A DNA stretch of 64,000 nucleotides from Macrostomum lignano. Its lineage: Eukaryota. The translations under genes and the position numbers were made by a program. The notes below the pieces were generated by a model, which made no database searches, was not told where the DNA came from, and was given only the letters and a program-made list of their open reading frames with translations. How positions within the stretch are numbered: the stretch's first letter is position 1; each line of letters begins with the position of its first letter. The stretch is from NCBI GenBank assembly GCA_002269645.1, contig NIVC01000475.1, positions 248,001 through 312,000 on the forward strand, read 5' to 3'. Of this stretch, positions 35,001 through 64,000 are shown in pieces.

Positions 35001-38000
35001 CTGTTCTTCCTGCTGTTCTTCATCTTTGCCGCGCTGGGAGTCGAACTGTTCGGCCGGCTGGGTGAGTGAGGACAACTGGAGGTCAATGAGGGCAATGAAT
35101 TAGCCGAACAACTCATCCTGCAGGTCCTCTAATCCCAATAACTAATCCCCTGGCAGAGTGCTCACTGGACAACCCGTGCGTCGGTCTCAGTCGTCACGCG
35201 CACTTCGAGAATTTCGGCATGGCCTTCCTGACCCTGTTCCGCATAGCAACCGGGGACAACTGGAACGGGATCATGAAGGACACCCTGCGCGGCAAGTGCG
35301 ACTCCAGCGACAGCTGCGTGAAGAACTGCTGCGTGTCGGGCTTTTTTGCGCCAATCTACTTTGTGGTGTTCGTGCTCATGGCCCAGTTCGTGCTGGTCAA
35401 CGTTGTAGTGGCCGTGCTCATGAAGCACCTGGAGGTCTGCGGCCGGGGTTGCCGGGTTGCTGGGTAGGGTAGGGTGTTGTAGGGTAGAGTGGGGTGTTGT
35501 AGGGTAGAGTGGGGTGCTGTAGGGTAGAATGGTTGTTGTAGAGTAGTGTGGGGTGTTGTAGGGTAGAATGGTTGTTGTAGGGTAGTTTGGGGTGTTGTAG
35601 GGTAGTGTGGGGTGTTGTAGGGTAGTGTGGGGTGTTGTAGGGTAGAATGGTTGTTGTAGGGTAGTATGGGGTGTTGTAGGATAGAATGGTTGTTGTAGAG
35701 TAGTGTGGGGTGTTGTAGGATAGAATGGTTGTTGTAGGGTAGTGTGGGGTGTTGTAGGATAGAATGGTTGTTGTAGGGTAGTGTGGGGTGTTGTAGGATA
35801 GAATGGTTGTTGTAGAGTAGTGTGGGGTGTTGTAGGGTAGTGTGGGGTGTTGTAGGGTAGTGTGGGGTGTTGTAGGGTAGTGTGGGGTGTTGTAGGGTAG
35901 TGTGGGGTGTTGTAGGGTAGTGTGGGGTGTTGTAGGGTAGTATGGGGTGTTGTAGGGTAGTGTGGGGTGTTTTAGGGTAGTGTGGGGTGGTGTTGTAGGA
36001 TAGAGTTAGGTGTTGTAGGGTGTAGTGGGGTGTTGTTGGGTAGGGTATAGTGCATCTGGGCAGAGCGGTCTATCCCAAATGCAGTAGCTTGCTTTCCTAC
36101 CAACGGCAGGAGTCGCACAAGATGATGTCAGACGATGACGAGCTGGAAAAAGAAATTCGTCGAGAACTTGAAGAGGAGAATCGAGAAAGTCAACGGCAAC
36201 GGGAAAGACGTCAAAGGGAGGTGAAGGAGGTGAGTGAGAATTGGCATCAAGGTTATTTCCAGCAACACTATTATCGACCCTCCTCCGACACTATTAAACG
36301 ACACTATTACCGACACTATTAACCAACACTATTACCGACACTATTATCCGACACTATTAGCCGACACTATTACCGACACTATTAGCCGACACTATTACCG
36401 ACACTATTAACCGACACTATTATCGACACTATTAGCCGACACTATTACCGACACTATTAGCCGACACTATTAACCGACACTATTACCGACACTATTAACC
36501 GACACTATTACCGACACTATTAACCGACACTATTACCGACACTATTACCGACACTATTACCGACACTATTAACCGACACTATTACCGACACTATTAACCG
36601 ACACTATTACCGACACTATTAACCGACACTATTACCGACACTATTAACCGACACTATTACCGACACTATTAGCCGACACTATTAGCCGACACTATTAACC
36701 GACACTATTAACCGACACTATTACAGGACACTACTAACCGACACTATTAGCCGACACTATTAACCGACACTATTAACCGACACTATTAGCCGACACTATT
36801 AACCGACACTATTAACCGACACTATTAACCGACACTATTAACCGACACTATTAACCGACACTATTAACCGACACTATTAACCGACACTATTAGCCGACAC
36901 TATTAACCGACACTATTAACCGACACTATTAGCCGACACTATTAACCGACACTATTAACCGACACTATTAACCGACACTATTAACCGACACTATTAACCG
37001 ACACTATTAACCGACACTATTAACCGACACTATTAACCGACACTATTAACCGACACTATTAACCGACACTATTAACCGACACTATTAACCGACACTATTA
37101 GCCGACACTATTAGCCGACACTATTAACCGACACTATTAACCGACACTATTAACCGACACTATTAACCGACACTATTAACCGACACTACTAACCGACACT
37201 ATTAGCCGACACTATTAACCGACACTATTAACCGACACTATTAACCGACACTATTAACCGACACTATTAGCCGACACTATTAACCGACACTATTAACCGA
37301 CACTATTAACCGACACTATTAACCGACACTACTAACCGACACTATTAGCCGACACTATTAACCGACACTATTAACCGACACTATTAACCGACACTATTAG
37401 CCGACACTATTAGCCGACACTATTACAGGACACTATTAGCCGACACTATTAACCGACACTATTAGCCGACACTATCAGCCGACACTATTAACCGAAACTA
37501 TTACAGGACACTATTAGCCGACACTATTAACCGACACTATTAGCCGACACTATTAGCCGACACTATTAACCGACACTATAACCGACACTATTAGCCGACA
37601 CTATTAACCGACACTATTAGCCGACACTATAACCGACACTATTAACCGACACTATTAGCCGACACTATTAGCCGACACTATTAACCGACACTATTAGCCG
37701 ACACTATAACCGACACTATTACCGATACTAAAATCGACAGGTCCGTTAGTAACAACACAATTACCGACACTACTCTAATAATATTACCGGCACTATTTCC
37801 GACATTAGTACCGACAAAATTATAACACTTCCAACATTAATACCGACTTTATTACCGACACTACTGTCGACACGATTACCGAGACGATTACCGACACTAT
37901 TCCGGGAAACTTCAATCCTCACCTGTTTCAGTCCGAGGACTCCACAAGCGAGGACGCCATGCAGAATCTGTCGGATACCCAGGCGGATGTCGGCGGCCCC

Positions 38001-38039
38001 AGCGGCTCCCAGGAGCTGCGGCTCTCGGCGAACAACTAG
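7832..38039 (+). CDS. Cav3: T-type voltage-gated calcium channel alpha1 subunit (Cav3; CACNA1G/H/I family), 26 coding exons, ~1817 aa
   Basis: Hand-spliced join(7832-8013,15735-15980,17458-17555,18107-18278,19288-19609,21132-21224,21881-22469,25685-25780,25859-25989,26081-26232,26470-26655,27174-27327,27587-27742,28964-29153,29668-29948,30046-30411,30491-30564,30955-31078,31332-31841,32339-32621,33242-33393,33854-34094,34912-35061,35157-35434,36110-36229,37932-38039) = 5454 nt; all phases compatible, no internal stop. Four S4 segments; pore motifs ISLESW / LTQEDW / SSKDGW / ATGDNW give EEDD; gating-brake PGSCY; [12 protein letters not shown] linker motif. Confidence 0.97.
10075..10461. repeat. 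22-bp purine-rich minisatellite (GGTAGAGGGTGAGAGATGGGAG)
   Basis: Visible period of 22. Confidence 0.9.
11291..12820. repeat. 765-bp tandem duplication (unique ~320 bp plus 34-bp array)
   Basis: ACACAGTGGCAGACTGAAGG at 11291 and 12056; near-identical copies. Confidence 0.9.
11607..13906. repeat. 34-bp minisatellite (GAGTCACTCCAAGAACGGCAGGCAGATGAGGTGA) in two blocks, 11607-12052 and 12372-13906
   Basis: Visible period of 34. Confidence 0.95.
14505..15500. repeat. 20-bp minisatellite (TCCAGTCTCTAATCTCACCC)
   Basis: Visible period of 20. Confidence 0.95.
15735..15980 (+). CDS. Cav3: Cav3 exon 2 (DI S1-S3)
   Basis: [25 protein letters not shown]...[12 protein letters not shown]; GTGAGT donor. 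Confidence 0.93.
15990..16397. repeat. 26-bp minisatellite (TTGAAGGCCTGTCACCCTTCACTGTT)
   Basis: Visible period of 26; starts ~10 nt after the exon 2 donor. Confidence 0.93.
16803..17310. repeat. Pyrimidine-rich composite repeat (CCCTTCATT / CCCTTCATCTGA)
   Basis: Source of the artefactual MKGQMKG ORFs. Confidence 0.9.
17458..17555 (+). CDS. Cav3: Cav3 exon 3 (DI S4)
   Basis: [32 protein letters not shown]; AG/GT bounded. Confidence 0.95.
17598..18075. repeat. 12/24-bp minisatellite (GAATACCTTTTTAAATACCTGACT)
   Basis: Visible period of 24. Confidence 0.9.
18107..18278 (+). CDS. Cav3: Cav3 exon 4 (DI S5)
   Basis: [45 protein letters not shown]. Confidence 0.96.
18335..19010. repeat. 22-bp minisatellite (ATAGCTGCCTCTCCTGACTCTC)
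   Basis: Visible period of 22. Confidence 0.95.
19288..19609 (+). CDS. Cav3: Cav3 exon 5 (DI turret)
   Basis: [37 protein letters not shown]. Confidence 0.96.
19661..20515. repeat. 80-bp minisatellite, ~10 copies
   Basis: TCAGAGAGTC recurs at 19921, 20001 and 20081. Confidence 0.95.
21132..21224 (+). CDS. Cav3: Cav3 exon 6 (DI pore, filter E)
   Basis: [31 protein letters not shown]. Confidence 0.96.
21300..21857. repeat. 22-bp minisatellite (CTGGGTAGATAGCGGGAGTTCA)
   Basis: Visible period of 22; ends ~23 nt before the exon 7 acceptor. Confidence 0.95.
21881..22469 (+). CDS. Cav3: Cav3 exon 7 (DI S6, gating brake, I-II linker)
   Basis: [25 protein letters not shown]...PGSCY. Confidence 0.95.
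22470..23208. repeat. 20-bp minisatellite (GTGAGCGGGACTGCTTGAGA) starting at the exon 7 donor
   Basis: Visible period of 20, ~37 copies. Confidence 0.95.
24258..25080 (+). repeat. Composite element with interstitial TTAGGG blocks (24258-24369, 24633-24713, 24958-24991) and a ~22-bp AATAATGGAAGCGTCAT array (24762-24940)
   Basis: Degenerate telomeric hexamers; internally duplicated GCTACATGTAG...CCCCAACG segments at ~24510 and ~25025. Confidence 0.8.
25135..25460 (-). mobile_element. SINE family B copy
   Basis: Near-identical to 6222-6546. Confidence 0.85.
25685..25780 (+). CDS. Cav3: Cav3 exon 8 (I-II linker, low conservation)
   Basis: Open, phase 1 to phase 1, AG/GT bounded; [18 protein letters not shown]. 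Confidence 0.7.
25859..25989 (+). CDS. Cav3: Cav3 exon 9 (DII S1)
   Basis: [30 protein letters not shown]. Confidence 0.93.
26081..26232 (+). CDS. Cav3: Cav3 exon 10 (DII S2-S3)
   Basis: [27 protein letters not shown]...[12 protein letters not shown]. Confidence 0.95.
26470..26655 (+). CDS. Cav3: Cav3 exon 11 (DII S4-S5)
   Basis: [40 protein letters not shown]. Confidence 0.96.
   Translation, partial: HFRAHPRRQQRIICAAHIPPAPHTQTSQVPASAPPAAVRHDQDHGQRGHILRSVGALHLHF
27174..27327 (+). CDS. Cav3: Cav3 exon 12 (DII turret, five-cysteine 12b-like)
   Basis: [51 protein letters not shown]. Confidence 0.96.
27587..27742 (+). CDS. Cav3: Cav3 exon 13 (DII pore E, S6)
   Basis: [15 protein letters not shown]...[21 protein letters not shown]. 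Confidence 0.96.
28964..29153 (+). CDS. Cav3: Cav3 exon 14 (II-III linker)
   Basis: Open GC-rich segment, phase 0 to phase 1, pyrimidine-CAG acceptor; exact start less certain. Confidence 0.7.
29205..29450 (+). mobile_element. CORE-like SINE family A copy
   Basis: GGTTCGATTCC...TGTGTCCTTGAGCAAGACACTTAAC...CAGCTGTAAAATGGG. Confidence 0.85.
29668..29948 (+). CDS. Cav3: Cav3 exon 15 (II-III linker)
   Basis: Contains the invertebrate Cav3 motif [12 protein letters not shown]; GTAAGC donor. Confidence 0.88.
30046..30411 (+). CDS. Cav3: Cav3 exon 16 (II-III linker)
   Basis: 122 open codons between CCCAG and GTGAGC, phase 0/0. Confidence 0.72.
30491..30564 (+). CDS. Cav3: Cav3 exon 17
   Basis: [25 protein letters not shown], matching the pre-DIII R.xxxYxFxP motif; supplies the required phase 0 to phase 2 switch. 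Confidence 0.9.
30613..30840. repeat. 29-bp minisatellite
   Basis: GGAGTGAGGTGGGTGTTTCATGAGAGATT. Confidence 0.9.
30955..31078 (+). CDS. Cav3: Cav3 exon 18 (DIII S1)
   Basis: [41 protein letters not shown]. Confidence 0.95.
31110..31298. repeat. 23-bp minisatellite filling most of intron 18
   Basis: TCTCAGATTGAGGGTCGGGGATC. Confidence 0.92.
31332..31841 (+). CDS. Cav3: Cav3 exon 19 (DIII S2-S5, turret)
   Basis: [41 protein letters not shown]...YNFDNLGQ. Confidence 0.97.
31990..32337. repeat. 9-bp AACCAACTC array abutting the exon 20 acceptor
   Basis: Visible period of 9. Confidence 0.93.
32339..32621 (+). CDS. Cav3: Cav3 exon 20 (DIII pore D, S6)
   Basis: [19 protein letters not shown]...[15 protein letters not shown]. 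Confidence 0.96.
32830..33165. repeat. 44-bp minisatellite
   Basis: AGGATC at 32881 and 32925, and onward. Confidence 0.9.
33242..33393 (+). CDS. Cav3: Cav3 exon 21 (III-IV linker, DIV S1)
   Basis: [10 protein letters not shown]...[24 protein letters not shown]. Confidence 0.95.
33553..33790. repeat. AT-rich degenerate TTTGTACA/TTTGTACT repeat
   Basis: Visible short-period repeat. Confidence 0.8.
33854..34094 (+). CDS. Cav3: Cav3 exon 22 (DIV S2-S4)
   Basis: [16 protein letters not shown]...[16 protein letters not shown]. Confidence 0.96.
34383..34495. repeat. 16-bp array CCATCCCAAAACGGCG
   Basis: Visible period of 16. Confidence 0.85.
34497..34830 (+). mobile_element. SINE family B copy
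   Basis: GGGGCCGTAACCCAGTGG head, GCTCGATTCC B-box, shared body. Confidence 0.85.
34912..35061 (+). CDS. Cav3: Cav3 exon 23 (DIV S4-S5)
   Basis: [50 protein letters not shown]. Confidence 0.96.
35157..35434 (+). CDS. Cav3: Cav3 exon 24 (DIV pore D, S6)
   Basis: [32 protein letters not shown]...[13 protein letters not shown]. Confidence 0.96.
35463..36050. repeat. 20-bp G-rich minisatellite (GTGTTGTAGGGTAGTGTGGG)
   Basis: Visible period of 20. Confidence 0.93.
36110..36229 (+). CDS. Cav3: Cav3 exon 25 (proximal C-terminus)
   Basis: [23 protein letters not shown], the typical post-S6 acidic helix. Confidence 0.92.
36262..37730. repeat. 13/14-bp minisatellite (ACCGACACTATTA)
   Basis: ~100 copies. 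Confidence 0.95.
37932..38039 (+). CDS. Cav3: Cav3 putative terminal exon 26
   Basis: TTTCAG acceptor, phase 0, [15 protein letters not shown]...LSANN then TAG at 38037-39; no homology support. Confidence 0.7.
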   Translation, partial: SEDSTSEDAMQNLSDTQADVGGPSGSQELRLSANN

Positions 38040-38794
38040 CCAGGGTGTGACTCAAAGACGAGCAGCTTTATCACAAATAGGGTTTCTAGAATTCCAAAAA
38101 TTGCGAGAAGTTTTCCACATTCCACGGATCGGCGCCAGGTTTACCCCATACTATGCTACTGAAAGTAGGCCAGCAAAAATATCAATTCACAATTTGCCAT
38201 CAATGATTCTGTACAGTTGCTGCGTTTTTCTATTGAAATTTTCTTATTTTAATTTTTGTTTGTTTATTCGTTGTGATTCATTGGAAACTGCTCGCGAAAA
38301 TGACCGAAACTCGACCGCATTTAGGATTGTGTGATAAACTGAAATTTAAACTGCCGTCTTGACCTGTCCGTCTCTGTCTGTTTTTTGCAACTTTAAACAA
38401 ATTTTCTAATCTTTCTAATCTTGTGTTTTCTTGCTAGCAGCGTTAAATTCTGTTTGTTTTACATGCTCGTAAGCGTGAGTTTATCTTCGAAATATTGTGA
38501 TACATTAAACTGCCGCCAAACACGGTTGCAGCACGGAGTTCAACAAAAACTTGAGGTTCTTTTTATTTATTTTAGTTCTCCAAGTCCGGTAAAATATTGG
38601 ACTAAAGTTGCATGTACAAATTCTTCTGAGGGTCAAGGAGATCAGGGACGGCGGGGGCGCGGGCGAACCTGCAAGTGAAGCACTGATTCACAGATGGGTG
38701 ATGCCAAATAAATAATTTTATCAACTGACAAAACAGTGCAAAAAATTTCACCTAGGAGATTGTTTGATAGGCGCTAGTTTCAATAGACTGAACA

Positions 38795-38833
38795 GTCAAC
38801 CGATCAATCAATCAGTCGATCAATCAATCAACA

Positions 38834-38864
<31 letters not shown>

Positions 38865-38865
38865 T

Positions 38866-38901
<36 letters not shown>

Positions 38902-39231
38902 CATAAATCAGTCAATCAATCAAAACATAAATCAGTCAATCAATCAATCAGTCAGTCAATCAGTCAATCAATCAATCAATCAACCAACCAATCAATCAGT
39001 CAATCAATCAATCAATCAATCAATCAGTCAATCAGTCAATCAATCAATCAATCAATCAATCAGTCAATCAATCAATCAATCAATCAGTCAGTCAATCAGT
39101 CAATCAATCAATCAATCAATAAATCAGTCAATCAGTCAATCAATCAATCAATCAATCAGTCAATCAATCAATCAACCAATCAATGAGTCAATCAGGCAAT
39201 CAATCAATCAGTCAATCAATCAATCAATCAG

Positions 39232-39283
<52 letters not shown>

Positions 39284-39313
39284 CCAATCAATCAATCAGT
39301 CAAGATCAGTCAG

Positions 39314-39316
<3 letters not shown>
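38795..39316. repeat. (TCAA)n microsatellite between the convergent genes
   Basis: Source of the SINQ ORF artefact. Confidence 0.95.
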
Positions 39317-61283
<21,967 letters not shown>

Positions 61284-61469
61284 CTATGATAACTTCGGAG
61301 CGGGGGTTGGGCTTCTTTTCGATCGATGCGCTTCTTTTGCTTACTCAAATATCAGCAGCATGGACTACTGCCACGGACTACTAGATGTTAGAATATCTGG
61401 ATTGGCAACAGCACCGTAGAAATCCCTAACTGTATACCTTATAAACTTTTATATTTACAATTGAACTTA

Positions 61470-61705
61470 CGATTTCCACAAGAAGTAGCTGCTGACACAA
61501 AAATACTCGTAAGGAGATACTGAAATAATAGTAAGTAGCTCCTGACACAATACTAAGTAGCTGCTGACACAATACTAAGTAGCTCCTGACACAATAGTAA
61601 GTAGCTCTTGACACAATACTAAGTAGCTCCTGACACAATACTAAGTAGCTCCTGACACAGTTCTAAGTAGCTGCTGACACAATACTAAGTAGCTCCTGAC
61701 ACATT
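61470..61705. repeat. 22-bp minisatellite (AGTAGCTCCTGACACAATACTA)
   Basis: Visible period of 22. Confidence 0.9.
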
Positions 61706-62182
61706 TTCTTATATGCTGTGTGTCTAAATAAGACTAGCACAAATGTAGCCTTCCAATCCAGATTTTCTGTGTTCAGTTTTAGAAATCCATGACTTTGGAC
61801 TGCCATTGGCTGGCTAGCTGGGGTGGAGCAGCCCCGCCCCTGCACTTCGGCACTGCATTTCCGCATTTCATGCTCAGCTCTCGGCTCCCCTCAGCCGCTT
61901 TCGTCTGACAAGCTTCAATCGATCCATCCGTCCACCACCGATGACATGATAGAGTTCGATTCTGTAGAGTTTGTCGCCTAAAAATGCTGAACTGTTTATT
62001 GAAAGTAGGACAGCAAGGGTGTTGCTATCGGTTTTGGATGAATTAAAAATGTTTTTTTATAGCAGCTGGTCTCTCTTGCAATAATACTGGATTCTTATAT
62101 TGTCGGTAAATGGTCGTCGCTGTCACAGTGAAAAAATAACAGTTTTCACTGCTTCAGTGGATTTAACTGTCAGCTAGCTACA

Positions 62183-62670
62183 ACACTCACAGTGAATGGT
62201 CATCAGGCTCACGGTGAATGGTCATCAAGCTCACAGTGAAAGGTCATCACACTCACAGTGAATAGTCATCACACTCACAGTGAATAGGCATCACGCTCAC
62301 AGTGAATGGTCATCAGGCTCACAGTGAATAGTCATCATCACGCTCACAGTGAATGAATGGTCATCAGGCTCACAGTGAATGGTCATCATCACGCTCACAG
62401 TGAATGAAAGGTCATCAGGCTCACAGTGATTAGTCATCAGGCTCACAGTGAATGGTCATCAGGCTCACAGTGAATGGTCATCAGGCTCACAGTGAATGGT
62501 CATCAGGCTCACAGTGAATGGTCATCAGGCTCACAGTGAATGGTCATCAGGCTCACAGTGAATGGTCATCAGGCTCACAGTGAAAGGTCATCAGGCTCAC
62601 AGTGAATGGTCATCAGGCTCACAGTGAATGGTCATCAGGCTCACAGTGAAAAGTCATCACAGTCACAGTC
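62183..62670. repeat. 22-bp minisatellite (CACAGTGAATGGTCATCAGGCT)
   Basis: Visible period of 22. Confidence 0.93.
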
Positions 62671-63227
62671 GCAGTGACCTCAGGCAGCTGAGATAGCGGA
62701 TCTGTGGCACTTGGCCAATATTCGCTGAGCACGTGAGCGAGAGGCAGATGATGATGGAATCCCCATCAGATCAGTCAGTTGCTGAGCAGCCAGGAGAACT
62801 CAGAAGAATTAATCCCTCCTCCCAAGTTCCCTGGCCAATCTCCCATTCACTTTATTGGCCTTTTTCTCGAGTAGAATTCTTTCACGCAAGCTTGGCAGTC
62901 GGCCGATCAGCCAGTCGCGACCGAGTCGCCAATGCCATCAATAAATGAGCCCCCTTATAGCGAGCAAGAATGAGCTGGCTTAGTCTCAAGTCTGGCAGTT
63001 GGAATCCCCAATGGAGGAGTATGGGAGAAGTCGGATGGTTTTCAATCCTTTTAAACTGGATTGCACTTTTGCTTCTGAGGCTGAGTGAAGTGTGGGACGG
63101 AGTTCTGTGCTTCGAATTAGCTGTCAATCTATTAGCAATTAGCCAACAATAATGAAGCTTTTATGCTGCTTTCAAATGAAATACTGAAGTGTCAGCAGTC
63201 GCTGACGAGTCGGTCACCAAAGTGTCA

Positions 63228-64000
63228 GTCACTAAATTGTCAGTTACTAAAGTGTCAGTCACTAAGGTGTCAGTCACTTAAGTTTCAGTCACTCAGAGTG
63301 TCAGTCACTAAGGCGTCAATCACTAAAGTGTCAGTCACTAAGGTGTCAGTCACTAAAGTGTCAGTCACTAAAGTGTCAGTCACTAAGGTGTCAGTCACTC
63401 AAAGTGTCAGTCACTAAGGTGTCAGTCACTAAAGTGTCAGTCACTAAAGTGTCAGTCACTAAGGCGTCAATCACTAAAGTGTCAGTCACTAAGGTGTCAG
63501 TCACTAAAGTGTCAGTCACTAAAGTGTCAGTCACTAAGGTGTCAGTCACTCAAAGTGTCAGTCACTCAAAGTGTCAGTCACTAAGTTGTCAGTCACTCAA
63601 ATTGTCAGTCATCAAACTGTCGGTTACTAAAGTGTCAGTCACTAAAATTGTCAGTCACTCAAACTGTCAGTCACTAAAGTGTCAGTCACTAAAGTGTCAG
63701 TCACTAAAGTGTCAGTCACTCAAAGTGTCAGTCACTCAAAGTGTCAGTCACTCAAACTGTCAGTCACTAAAGTGTCAGTCACTAAAGTGTCAGTCACTAA
63801 AGTGTCAGTCACTCAAATTGTCAGTCATCAAAGTGTCGGTTACTACTCATAAAGTGTCAGTCACTCAAATTGTCAGTCACTCAAATTGTCAGTCACTCAA
63901 ACTGTCAGTCACTAAAGTGTCAGTCACTAAAGTGTCAGTCACTAAAGTTTCAGTCACCAAAGTGTCAGTCACTAAAGTGTCAGTCACTAAAGTGTCAGTC
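63228..64000. repeat. 15-bp minisatellite (ACTAAAGTGTCAGTC), runs off the window end
   Basis: Visible period of 15/16. Confidence 0.95.

Noticed and set aside
61780-63160. Candidate upstream exons or start of the SRCIN1-like gene
   Set aside because: Several acceptors exist, but none gave an open, phase-1-ending exon with a good donor; left unresolved.

Overview
Eukaryotic (animal) genomic DNA with GC-rich exons set in introns packed with private minisatellites. The style resembles a free-living flatworm such as Macrostomum, but that assignment is inference only. Two convergent multi-exon genes can be reconstructed by hand from splice sites and reading phase. (1) On the + strand, a complete T-type voltage-gated calcium channel (Cav3): 26 coding exons from 7832 to 38039, 5454 nt, about 1817 aa, with an EEDD selectivity filter. 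Its first coding intron is a ~7.7 kb U12-type AT-AC intron. (2) On the - strand, an SRCIN1/KIAA1217 (p140Cap/Sickle-tail, AIP3-domain)-like gene with at least 12 exons from about 61283 to 39314; its 5' end is uncertain and it has one or two apparent 1-nt frame breaks. The first ~3.3 kb is a CpG-stripped, TpA-rich block of decayed transposons, including a mariner with 162-bp TIRs whose differences look like CpA/CpG deamination. Also present: an RNase H LINE fragment, two tRNA-derived SINE families, a MITE, interstitial TTAGGG blocks and about 35 tandem arrays. Most long ORFs in the supplied track are repeat artefacts. No CRISPR array, rRNA or bona fide tRNA was seen.
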